Source of the DNA: Planctomycetota bacterium | Lineage (GTDB): Bacteria > Planctomycetota > B15-G4 > SIAN01 | Assembly: GCA_031409275.1 (NCBI GenBank) | Contig: JANNXA010000027.1 | Span: 32,001-96,000, forward strand | Direction of reading: 5' to 3' | Length of the DNA: 64,000 nt | Shown: one piece after another, positions 1 through 8,687 of the stretch | Position numbering within the stretch: position 1 is the first letter of the stretch | How the letters are laid out: every line of letters begins with the position of its first letter | Translations under genes and position numbers: made by a program | Notes under the pieces: model-generated | What the model saw: only the letters and a program-made list of their open reading frames with translations | Database searches by the model: none | Told to the model about the DNA's origin: nothing

Positions 1-2
1 GC

Positions 3-767
3 TCAACCACGCGCGGCTCCATCGGTACGACGGCGCCAGATCACGAAGAGGGCGACCAGCAAGGCCATGACGCCGAGGAAGATCAGCGCCAGTCGCAGCG
101 CGTGGCGCGGGTCGCTCACGATGGCGGCACCCGCATGGCTGTAGACCAGGGTTGCTGGGAGCTGTCCGAGGCCGGTGGCGAGCAGGAACGGCAGCGCGCG
201 CATCTTGGTGAGACCGCCGGCGTAGCTCACCACGTCGAAGCTCACGAACGGGATCAGTCGCAGCACCAGCACCGCCAGCAGCCCGTCGCGCGCGAAGAAG
301 CGATCGGTCCGCTCGAGCAGCGCCGCGCGAAACAGCCGCTGCACGAAGGGGCGTCCGAAGGCGCGGGCCAGCCAGAAGCAAAGCGCGGCCGCCAGCTCGG
401 CGGAGCTCCAGGAGATCAGGGCGCCAAGCCATGGCCCGTAGATCAGCGCATTCACCAGCGTGAGCGGCACCGCTGGAATCGGTGCGGCGAGCGACTGCAG
501 GATCATCAGCAGCGAGGTGACGATCCACGCGCGGTCGCCGTAGGGGGCGAGGAAGTCGCGCAGGTCGCCCACGCCTTTGGAGACATCGGGCTGCAGCAGG
601 AGCCGGCACGCAGTGGCGACGAAGGCGCGCGCGGCGGGCGACAGAGCGAAGAAGAGCGCAGTGGCCACCAGCGCCAGCAGCGCGATGCGGCGCGGCCAGG
701 GCGGTGGCGCGTCCGCCGCGGGTCGTGCGGCAGCGTCGGGCGCGCGATCGTCGCTTCGGTCGTTCAT
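3..767 (-). CDS. TVP38/TMEM64 (DedA/SNARE-associated) family membrane protein
   Basis: C-terminal part of ORF 3..1244. ATG at 767 (MNDRSDD) overlaps the upstream TGA (ATGA). Family motifs QSLAAPIPA, YGPWLGALISW, LRLIPFVSFDVVSYAGG, ATGLGQLPAT. Confidence 0.88.
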   Translation of the reverse strand: MNDRSDDRAPDAAARPAADAPPPWPRRIALLALVATALFFALSPAARAFVATACRLLLQPDVSKGVGDLRDFLAPYGDRAWIVTSLLMILQSLAAPIPAVPLTLVNALIYGPWLGALISWSSAELAAALCFWLARAFGRPFVQRLFRAALLERTDRFFARDGLLAVLVLRLIPFVSFDVVSYAGGLTKMRALPFLLATGLGQLPATLVYSHAGAAIVSDPRHALRLALIFLGVMALLVALFVIWRRRTDGAARG

Positions 768-1339
768 CGAACCTCGAGCGGAGCGGGTGGTCTTGCGGCG
801 TCGATCCACGCAAGCGCTGCGGCGGGCGCGATCGAATCGGCGAAGTGCTCGCCGTAGTGGAGCGCGACGATCTTGCCATCGCCGCCGATCAGGAAGTCGG
901 CCGGACTGCCGCCGATGCCGTCGCGCAACGCATCGCGCCAGCGCGGTGCGATGCCGTGGGCACGCGCCTCGCGGATGCGGGCGAGCGCGCGCGGTGCGAA
1001 GAGCGCCAGCAGGCTGCCGCGGATGCCGTACTCGCGGTACACCCGCTTCTGCGGATCGGCCAGCACCGGGAAGGGCAGCGCGTGCGGCCCGAACGCGTGG
1101 TCGCGCAGCGCTTCCGCCGGCGAATGGAAGATGCGCACGACGTTGACGTCGCGCCGCACGAACTCGGCATGGCGAGCGGCAAACTGCCGCGTCGAGAGCA
1201 CGCAAGTCGGTCAGGTGGCGTAGCGATGGAAGCTCAGCAGCCACATGCGTCCGAGCAGGGCGCGCGAGTCGAAGGTCGCCCCCGCGGCGCTCGGCAGCAC
1301 GAAGGGCGGTGCGACACTGCCGACCGAGAGCTTGGCCAT
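764..1339 (-). CDS. AhpC/TSA (peroxiredoxin-like) selenoprotein, Sec at codon 43 (U-P-T-C)
   Basis: ATG 1339 reads MAKLSVGSVAPPFVLPSAAGATFDSRALLGRMWLLSFHRYAT-TGA(1213-1211)-PTC and continues in frame into ORF 764..1201 (PFPVLADP, PADFLIGGDGKIVALHYG). The TGA occupies the first Cys position of a thioredoxin-fold CxxC. Confidence 0.85.
1173..1194 (-). promoter_or_regulatory. Putative bacterial SECIS hairpin
   Basis: Minus strand CGA-C-GCGGCA-GTT-TGCCGC-TCG. The upper stem starts 20 nt after the UGA, and the apical loop begins with G-U, as in bacterial SECIS models. Confidence 0.65.
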
Positions 1340-1340
1340 C

Positions 1341-3020
1341 TCAGGACTCCGCGGTGCGCAGCTTGCGCGCGCCAATCGAGACGAGGAAGAGCGCGAGCGC
1401 CACCAGCGCGGTCGCGGCGATGCCGTTCAGCAGTGGGACGCTGCGGGATGGCGAGCCGGCGCTCGATTGCGCCACCTGCGCGAAGCTGCTCCAGGCGATG
1501 CGCATCAGTGCTGCGAGCGTCGTTGCGAGCACGAACAGCAGCGGGGCCAACGCGAAAGCGAAGCGCTTCTTGCTGCGCTTCAGCCACACGGCGAAGGTCA
1601 GCAGCGCCAGCGCGGCGAGCAGCTGGTTCGAGGCGCCAAAGAGCGTCCAGTAGCGCTTGTAGTCGTCGCGCCCGCCGGCCAGCAGCAGCGCGAGCGGAGC
1701 GGCGAGCGTGAGCAGCGTCGCGCCGCTGGCGCCGATCGTGCCGCGCCATCCCAGCAGCTCCTGCACGATGTAGCGGCCGAGGCGCGTGCAGACATCGAGC
1801 GTGTCGAAGACGAAGGTGGAGAAGGCCATCGCGCCGAAGGTCGTCGCGAACGCGAGGTGCTGCTCGCCGACCACCAGCGTCACGAAGCGACCGATGCCGT
1901 CGCCGTAGATCCGTCCCGGCGAGACGCCCGCGCTTGCCGACGGCTTCACGATCATGATCGTGGCCAGCGCGACCAGCGCGACGAACGCCTCCGCCAGCAT
2001 CGCGCCGTAGCCGACCGGCCGCGCGTGGCTTTCGCGGTCGAGCTGCTTGCTGGTGGTGCCCGAGCAGACCAGGCCATGGAAGCCGGAGCAGGCGCCGCAC
2101 GCGATGGTCACGAAGAGGAAGGGCCACGCCGCGCCGGTGGCGCCGCCCGCATCGAAGCCCTTCCAGGCCGGCTGCTCGATCGTGTAGCCGCCGCAGAAGA
2201 GGCCGATGGTTCCGGCGGCGAGCGCGCTGTAGAGGACGAAGCCTCCGAGGTAGCCGCGCGGCTGCAGGAGCAGCGAAACCGGCATCACCGACGCCACGCC
2301 GCAGTAGGCGAGGATCAGCAGCGTCCAGGTGCGATGGTCCAGCACGAAGTGGTCGGCCAGCAGCGTTCCGCTCCAGGTGGCGAGGAACGTCGCCGGCACG
2401 AAGACGACGGTCAGGAGCCACAGCGGCAGGCGCGGCAGGAAGCGTTGCACCAAGCCCAGCAGCAGCGCGAGCAGCAGGTAGAGCACGCTGGCCGCGGCGA
2501 CGGCGCCGCCCTTGTGGAAGCCCTTCGCGGCGGCGAGCTCTTCGCTGCCGTCGACGAAGGTTCCCGCCGTCAGATCCGCGAAGGCGACGATCACGTACAC
2601 CAGCGCGATCGCGATGAAGGCGAGCAGCGCGCGGCCGGCCGGCGCGCCGAGCTGCTCGCGCGTGATCTCCGCGAGGCTCCGGCCACTGTGGCGCACGGAG
2701 GCGGCCAGCGCCAGGAAGTCGTGGACCGCGCCGATCAGCACGACGCCGACGGCGATCCAGACCAGGCAAGGCAACCACCCCCACGCCTGCGCGGCGACGA
2801 TCGGCCCGGCGATCGGACCGGCCGCGGCGATCGCCGAGAAGTGCTGGCCGAACAGATAGAAGGGGCGCGTCGCGACGAAATCGTTGCCGTCGGCGTGCAC
2901 ATGCGCCGGCGTCGCGCGCGCGTCGTCGAGCGCGAGCTGGCGCGCGACGTAGCGGCCGTGCAGTCGGTAGCCGACGACGAGGAGGGCGAGGAACGCGAGC
3001 GCGATCAGTGGCAGAGCCAT
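1341..3020 (-). CDS. cstA: Carbon starvation protein A (peptide/pyruvate transporter)
   Basis: FGQHFSAIAAAGPIAGP, GAVHDF, WPFLFVTIACGACSGFHGLV, GYGAMLAE, WTLFGASNQLLA. Confidence 0.95.
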   Translation of the reverse strand: MALPLIALAFLALLVVGYRLHGRYVARQLALDDARATPAHVHADGNDFVATRPFYLFGQHFSAIAAAGPIAGPIVAAQAWGWLPCLVWIAVGVVLIGAVHDFLALAASVRHSGRSLAEITREQLGAPAGRALLAFIAIALVYVIVAFADLTAGTFVDGSEELAAAKGFHKGGAVAAASVLYLLLALLLGLVQRFLPRLPLWLLTVVFVPATFLATWSGTLLADHFVLDHRTWTLLILAYCGVASVMPVSLLLQPRGYLGGFVLYSALAAGTIGLFCGGYTIEQPAWKGFDAGGATGAAWPFLFVTIACGACSGFHGLVCSGTTSKQLDRESHARPVGYGAMLAEAFVALVALATIMIVKPSASAGVSPGRIYGDGIGRFVTLVVGEQHLAFATTFGAMAFSTFVFDTLDVCTRLGRYIVQELLGWRGTIGASGATLLTLAAPLALLLAGGRDDYKRYWTLFGASNQLLAALALLTFAVWLKRSKKRFAFALAPLLFVLATTLAALMRIAWSSFAQVAQSSAGSPSRSVPLLNGIAATALVALALFLVSIGARKLRTAES

Positions 3021-3066
3021 GGAGCGGCGATGGTAGCGCCGCTTCCGGCCCCGATCCGCGCCGCGT

Positions 3067-3700
3067 TCAGGCGGTGACGGCGGCGCTCGCGGCGACCTGC
3101 TGCTCGAGCTCGCCTGCCAGCGAGTCGAGGCTGTCGGCCGCGTTCTGCGTCTCGGTGAAGCCCTGCGCGGTCGACTCGGCCGTCCCGGCGACGGTGGTCA
3201 CTCCGTCGACGATCTCGCTGACTGCGCGCTGCACGTCGGTCTGGATCGCGACGATGCTCGCCTCGATGGTGGCGTTCAGCGCCGGCAGGTTGGTCTGCTC
3301 GGCGACGTCGTGGATGACCTTGATCACGCGGTCGATCCGGGCGCTGCGCTCGTACAGCCGCCCGACCGTCTCGTTGGTGCTCTTCGCCGCGGCAACCGCC
3401 TGCGGCGCGATCGGTCGCGGACATCGCCACCAGCTTCTCGGCGGCGGCGACGTCCGTCGCGATGGCCGCCACGGTGTCGGGACTCTCCGCGACGAGCGCC
3501 GCCAGCACGTCGGCTGGCAGCGCGTCGTGCATCATGTCCCTGTTGGGCAGGTCGACGACTGCGTCGCTCACGAGCCGCTCGCGATCCAGCGTGGCGCCAG
3601 CGTTCTGCAGCGATTAGTAGCCCTCCGTGCCGACCAGCGCCGCCGTGACGGCGCCGGCGAGACGGATGGCGGTGAGCTTCTTGCGTAGCGTCCAGATCAT
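3067..3700 (-). pseudogene. Degraded methyl-accepting chemotaxis protein
   Basis: ATG 3700 (MIWTLRKKL plus a hydrophobic segment) runs into TAA at 3616-3614. The frame then continues (RDMMHDAL..DV, 4HB sensor-like), followed by a frameshift into the signalling hairpin IKVIHDVAEQTNLPALNATIEA, which lacks the ARAGE-GRGFAVVA core. Confidence 0.75.
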
Positions 3701-3712
3701 GGAGCGGTTCCT

Positions 3713-4564
3713 GTGTCTCGAGATCGACCCAACGACCGACTCGCCGACGATCCGCTGGAAGCAGTTCGGAACCGGAGTGGAGTGGTCGGAACGGCGCGGG
3801 CGAGCTGGATCGTGCTGCCGCCTGCGCACGGAGGCGCCGCGATCGTCCGACCGCTGCTCGAGCGGTTGAAGGCGCAGGTTCGAGTGTGGGCACCGCCGCT
3901 GCCGGCCGACTGCACCGCTCCGGTCGACGTGGCCACGGCGCTCGTCGCGGCGCTCGACGCGGCCGGGTCGGAGCGGGCCGGAGTGATCGGGCTGTCGCTC
4001 GGCGGGCAATTGGCGCAAGCGCTGGTCGAGCATCACCCCCAGCGCGTCGCGGCGCTGCTGTTGGTGGCTTCCGGCGCTCCCGATCGGGCGCGCGGCCGCG
4101 CGTTGGCGCGCAGCGGATGGCTCGCGCGTTGGTTGCCGCGCCGCGTGCTGCTCGCCCGCGCTCGTGCGCAACTGGCGGAGTCGCTGTCCGAAGTCGGAGT
4201 CGCGCGCGGCTCCGAACTTCTTGCCGAGATGGCGGAGGCGACTCGTGCCGAACTGGCGGCACCACGCGCACGACTGCAGGCGAGCGATCGGTTGGGCGCG
4301 GATGCGCCGGCGGCCTTCGCCGCACGACCCGCTCCGGTGCGGCTGATCGAGCTTGCAGCGGACGGCGTGATCGCCGCGTCGGAGTCGGCGCGCTTGCGCG
4401 CGTTGTTCCCGCAGGCCCAGGTCGAGGTGATCCCCGCGCTGCGCCACGCGGCGCTGATCGGCTGGCCGGTGGCGCTGCTCGAGCGCGTCGCCGCCGCGGT
4501 GATGGAGCTGTCGGCGCAGGCGGCGCTTGGACCCGTCAGCGCGGCGCCAACAGGTTCTCGCTGA
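3713..4564 (+). CDS. Alpha/beta fold hydrolase
   Basis: Nucleophile elbow GLSLGG, then HHPQRVAALLL, D-GVI and a C-terminal His (LRHAA). Start uncertain. Confidence 0.7.
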   Translation: MSRDRPNDRLADDPLEAVRNRSGVVGTARASWIVLPPAHGGAAIVRPLLERLKAQVRVWAPPLPADCTAPVDVATALVAALDAAGSERAGVIGLSLGGQLAQALVEHHPQRVAALLLVASGAPDRARGRALARSGWLARWLPRRVLLARARAQLAESLSEVGVARGSELLAEMAEATRAELAAPRARLQASDRLGADAPAAFAARPAPVRLIELAADGVIAASESARLRALFPQAQVEVIPALRHAALIGWPVALLERVAAAVMELSAQAALGPVSAAPTGSR

Positions 4565-7100
4565 AGCGCCGCTCGCCATCGAACCAGCGCGTCGCGACCT
4601 CGAAGCCGGCGTTCGCCGCGAGCGCGTCGAGCTCCTCGGGCGCGTACTTCCACGAGTCCTCGGTGTGGATCGACTCGCCCGCGGCGAAGTCGAAGCGTGC
4701 GCCGAGGAGGTCGAGGTGCACTTCCTGTGCGCGCAGGCTTTCCAGGCGCATCTCGACGCGTCCGTCGTTGGCGTGCCAGCAGGCTCGATGGCGGAACGCG
4801 GTGAGGTCGAAGTCGCCGTCGAGTTCCCGATTGAGGCGCGCCAGCAGGTTGAGGTTGAAGCTTGCGGTGACGCCGGCCGCGTCGTCGTACGCCGCTTCGA
4901 GCGTGGCCGCGTCCTTGCGCAGGTCGGCTCCCAGCAGCAGTCGATCGTCGCGCGCGAGGCGAGCGCGCACGCCGGCCAGGAACTTCGCGGCGGCGTCGCG
5001 CGTGAAGTTCCCGACGTTGCTCCCGAGCCACAGCACGAGCTTCCGGCCCGGTGCCACCGCGTCGAGCTGCGCGATGCCATCGCCGTACTCGGCCGCGATG
5101 GCGACCACCTCGAGCGTCGCGAAGCGCTCGCGCAGCGTCGCTGCACTCTGCGCGAGCGCTGTCGGCGAGATGTCGATCATCACGTAGCGCAGCGTCGCGC
5201 GCTGATCGAGCAGCGCGGCGAGCAGGCGCTGCGTCTTCGCGGCGCTGCCGCTGCCGAGCTCGACGATGGTCGCGTCGGCCGGAGTCGCCGCCGCGATCGC
5301 GTGAGCGTGGCTCGCCAGCAACTCGTCCTCGGCGCGCGTGACGTAGTACTCGGGCGTCGCGCCGATCTCCTCGAACAGGCGTGAGCCGACGTCGTCGTAG
5401 AACCAGCGGCACGGCAGCGACTTCGCTTTCGCCGAGAGTCCCGCCACCGCATCCTCGGCCAGGCGCACGAAGGGCGGGCCGCCCATGCCTTCCCGCCAAC
5501 CCGAAGCGGCGAGGCGCGCCGCGTAGCGCTGCAGGCGGTCCGCGAGCGCGCGATCGCCGTCGACGCGGCCGCGCGCGAGCGCGAGCGTGCCGGCGTCGTC
5601 CGCCTCGAACCAACCGGGGAAGGCGCTGCCCATCACCGCCAGGGTGGCAGGCGTGCGCGCGACCAGCACGGGGCGACCGCTCGCGAGTGCCGGCACCAGC
5701 TCGGCGACGTTGCGAGCGATGGCGACCGACGACGCCACGGAAGCGCGATGCGTTGCGGCCTGCGGCGCGGTGGCGTCGGCCGTGTTCGGAACCAGTTCGA
5801 CTTCGACGGTGGCGACTGCAGCGCGCGCGCGCGCGAACGCGGCGCGGCTCGAGTTCGCGTCGCTGGCGAGCACCCACGCGAGATGGGGGAACGTCTCGGG
5901 ATGGGGCGGCGCGTGCATCACGTCGCCCGGCTCGACGCAAAGTCCCGCCGTGAGCGCCGGCATCGTCGCGATCGCGGCGATGCGCGCGGCCGCGGCGGCG
6001 ACGCCGTGCACGGTGTGTTCGCCGAAATGGCAGCGGTAGGCGAGCGCGTGGCGTCGCTCGTGCGGACCGCCCTCGAGGCGGCGGTAGTCGGGCGACTCGC
6101 CCAACGCGACCGCGATGGCGAGCTCGAACGGGTCGCGACCTGCCGCCTGCGCGAAGAGCTGCCAGAGGCCGTGGTCCTCGCCGAGCCGTCCGTTCACCTC
6201 GATCACCTGCGGTCCGTGCGGCGTCGCCCGCAGCTCGACGGAGAACCCGGCGTGATCGAGTCCGAGCGCCGTCACGGCGCGCTCGCCGGTCGTGCAGAGC
6301 GCGCGGCCGCGGTCGAAATCGAGATCGGCGGGGAGCAGGTAGCCCTCGAAATAGAGATGCGGCGGCGGAGTCTGCACCTGTTCGAGCGCCCCGAAGCAGC
6401 GCGCCTTGCCGTTCCCGACGAAGCCATCGATCTCCATGGGCAGCCCGGCGGCGAAGCTCTCGCACAGGAAATGGCGGGTTGGATCGGGACCGAGTTCGAG
6501 GCCGGCGGCGCGCGCGAACTCGACGAGGCGGGCGACGTCGAGCGAATGGGGAAGCGCCGCCTGCAGCCGCTCGACCGCGGCGTCGAGCTCCTGCGCGTCG
6601 TCGACCTTCACGACGAGACGCGCCATGGTCGACGCGAACGGCTTCAAGATCACCGGAAATCCATGCGCGGCGGCGAAGGCACGTGCTTCGCCGCGTCCGC
6701 TGCAAAGGGCGAACGCCGGTTGTCCGACGTTCGTCGCCGCGAGCGCTTCGCGTGTGCGCGCCTTGCTGATCGTGCGCAGGACCGCGGCAGGCGACGGCGC
6801 GGGCCATCCGCGCGGCGCGGCGAACAGCGATCCGCTCGGCAGCGAGGCTTCGGTCTGCAGCAGGATCCCATCGAGCCGCGCCAGCGCCGGCGCCTTCGCG
6901 AGCGCCACCACCACGTCCGCGACCCGTTCCGCCGGCGGCAGGAGCACCGCATCGGCGTAGAGCGAGCGATCGGCCGGCGCGATCCAGTCGTCGCCGAGGA
7001 TCAGCTCGATCTGGTGCGCGGCGAGCCAGGCGCGGTGGCGCCCCAGCAGTTCGCGACGCACGCGCCCTTCGCCCGGGTAGAGATGGAGCAGCCGTCGCAT
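4536..7100 (-). CDS. egtD: Fusion: ATP-grasp ligase + GT4/SenB-like remnant + L-histidine N-alpha-methyltransferase (EgtD)
   Basis: ATG 7100 preceded by GAGG. ATP-grasp motifs: SKARTRE, FPVILKP, LCESFAAG, VELR..IEVNGRLG. EgtD motifs: KSLPCRWFYDDVGSRLFEEI..PEYYVTRAE, VELGSGSAAKT, WLGSNVGNF, AYDDAAGVTASFNLNLL, IHTEDSWKY. No stop between the domains. Confidence 0.85.
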   Translation of the reverse strand: MRRLLHLYPGEGRVRRELLGRHRAWLAAHQIELILGDDWIAPADRSLYADAVLLPPAERVADVVVALAKAPALARLDGILLQTEASLPSGSLFAAPRGWPAPSPAAVLRTISKARTREALAATNVGQPAFALCSGRGEARAFAAAHGFPVILKPFASTMARLVVKVDDAQELDAAVERLQAALPHSLDVARLVEFARAAGLELGPDPTRHFLCESFAAGLPMEIDGFVGNGKARCFGALEQVQTPPPHLYFEGYLLPADLDFDRGRALCTTGERAVTALGLDHAGFSVELRATPHGPQVIEVNGRLGEDHGLWQLFAQAAGRDPFELAIAVALGESPDYRRLEGGPHERRHALAYRCHFGEHTVHGVAAAAARIAAIATMPALTAGLCVEPGDVMHAPPHPETFPHLAWVLASDANSSRAAFARARAAVATVEVELVPNTADATAPQAATHRASVASSVAIARNVAELVPALASGRPVLVARTPATLAVMGSAFPGWFEADDAGTLALARGRVDGDRALADRLQRYAARLAASGWREGMGGPPFVRLAEDAVAGLSAKAKSLPCRWFYDDVGSRLFEEIGATPEYYVTRAEDELLASHAHAIAAATPADATIVELGSGSAAKTQRLLAALLDQRATLRYVMIDISPTALAQSAATLRERFATLEVVAIAAEYGDGIAQLDAVAPGRKLVLWLGSNVGNFTRDAAAKFLAGVRARLARDDRLLLGADLRKDAATLEAAYDDAAGVTASFNLNLLARLNRELDGDFDLTAFRHRACWHANDGRVEMRLESLRAQEVHLDLLGARFDFAAGESIHTEDSWKYAPEELDALAANAGFEVATRWFDGERRFSENLLAPR

Positions 7101-7181
7101 CGAGGCCTCACGTCGCATGGGAGAGCTGCGAGGGCGCGATCTTCGGCGAGCGGTCGCTCCACTGCTAGTGTTCCGTTCCTC

Positions 7182-8678
7182 ATGTGGCACCCTACTCCCG
7201 CGATTCGCCACCCGCTGCCGCCGGCGAACTGGCCAACGGCGGAGGAGGCGGCGCGCAGTCGCTGGTTCCAGCCGGTGCGCATCGCCGGCGTGACGCTGGC
7301 GCAGCGAACCTGGGTTCCGGCGATGGTGCCGTGGCGCGCCAGCGACGACGGGATGGTGACGGACGACGTCGTCGATTGGTACGCCCGCTTCGCCGCGGGT
7401 CGTCCCGGCGCGATCGTGGTCGAGGCGACCGGCATCCGCGACGTGCCGAGCGGCCCGCTGCTGCGCATCGGCGACGATCGTTTCGTGCCGGGACTGCGCC
7501 GCCTCGTCGAGGCGGTCCGGGACGCGAGCGGTGGCGCGACGCGGCTGTTCGTGCAGTTGATCGACTTCCTCGCGGTCAAGCGGCGGCCGAGCAAGGAGAA
7601 GTACTTCGGCCGTCACCTCGAATTGACGGCGCGCCATCGTTCTGCGCTGGCCGCGGCCACGGCCGACGATTCCTGGCTCGTCGCGCCGGAACCGCAGCTG
7701 CGCGACTTCCTCGCCCGCGCCGACCTGTCGCTGCTCGAATCGCTGCTCGACGCGCGCGAACTCGAGGCCTACCGCTTCGGCTACCGCGAGCGGGTCACCG
7801 ACACGCACCTAAATCACGTGCGCGACTTGCCGACGACGTTGCCGCCGCTCTTCGCCACGGCGGCGAGTCGTGCGCGTCGCGCCGGCTTCGATGGCGTCGA
7901 GCTCCACTACGCGCACGCCTACACCATGGCGTCGTTCCTCTCGCGGCTGAACACGCGCAAGGACGGCTACGGCGGTTCGCGTCCGGAGCGCGTCCGTCTT
8001 GCGCTCGAGGTGGCGCGCGCGGTCCGTCGCGCCGTCGGCAGCGACTACGCGATGGGGGTGCGCTTCCTCGGCGACGAGGGGATCGAGGGAGGCAGCCGGA
8101 TCGACGATGCGACGTGGTTCGCGCTCGAGTTCGCGCGCGCCGGCTTCGACTTCCTCTCGATCAGCAAGGGCGGCCGCTTCGAGGACGCCAAGCAGCCGGC
8201 GGTCGGCGTCGCGGTCTATCCCTACACCGGTCCGAGCGGCTACGAGTGCATGCCCACCGTGCTCTCCGACGCGCAGGGGCCGTTCGGCCGCAACGTGCCG
8301 CTCGCGGGCGCGATCCGTCGCCGACTGCGTGAAGTCGGCTACGACACGCCGGTGGTCACGGCGGGGGGCATCGCCACCTTCGAGCAGGCCGAGCAGATCC
8401 TCGCCCACGGCGACGCGGACATCGTCGCCGCCGCTCGCCAGTCGCTCGCCGATCCCGACTGGTTCCTGAAGATCCGCCTCGGCCATGGCGCCGCGGTCCG
8501 TCGCTGCGAGTTCACCAACTACTGCGAGGGGCTCGACCAGATGCACAAGCAGGTCACCTGCAAGTTGTGGGATCGGATCGACCGCGACGGTGCCGACGTC
8601 AAGCGGAGCCTCGATGGCCGCCGCCTCATCGCGCCGGCGTGGGTGCCACCGCCCGAATTGGCGCGTCCGACGAACTGA
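7182..8678 (+). CDS. NADH:flavin oxidoreductase (Old Yellow Enzyme family) with C-terminal Cys cluster
   Basis: PAMVP, AGFDGVELHYAHAYTMASFLS..N.R.DGYGGS, ADIVAAARQSLADPDW, C-terminal CEFTNYC..VTC. ATG 7182 within ORF 5748..8678. Confidence 0.9.
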   Translation: MWHPTPAIRHPLPPANWPTAEEAARSRWFQPVRIAGVTLAQRTWVPAMVPWRASDDGMVTDDVVDWYARFAAGRPGAIVVEATGIRDVPSGPLLRIGDDRFVPGLRRLVEAVRDASGGATRLFVQLIDFLAVKRRPSKEKYFGRHLELTARHRSALAAATADDSWLVAPEPQLRDFLARADLSLLESLLDARELEAYRFGYRERVTDTHLNHVRDLPTTLPPLFATAASRARRAGFDGVELHYAHAYTMASFLSRLNTRKDGYGGSRPERVRLALEVARAVRRAVGSDYAMGVRFLGDEGIEGGSRIDDATWFALEFARAGFDFLSISKGGRFEDAKQPAVGVAVYPYTGPSGYECMPTVLSDAQGPFGRNVPLAGAIRRRLREVGYDTPVVTAGGIATFEQAEQILAHGDADIVAAARQSLADPDWFLKIRLGHGAAVRRCEFTNYCEGLDQMHKQVTCKLWDRIDRDGADVKRSLDGRRLIAPAWVPPPELARPTN

Positions 8679-8687
8679 GCCGGTCGC

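Noticed and set aside
768..1244. N-terminal 159 aa of ORF 3..1244
   Set aside because: An Arg-rich off-frame shadow of the selenoprotein gene; the real TVP38 start is 767.
3614..3616. Stop-codon recoding in the MCP remnant
   Set aside because: The stop is TAA and is accompanied by a frameshift and deletions, which fits pseudogenisation.
7101..7808. N-terminal extension of the 1090-aa ORF, and the reciprocal 5748..7181 extension of the OYE ORF
   Set aside because: Each is the antisense shadow of the other real gene; starts at 7100 and 7182 give a clean divergent pair.
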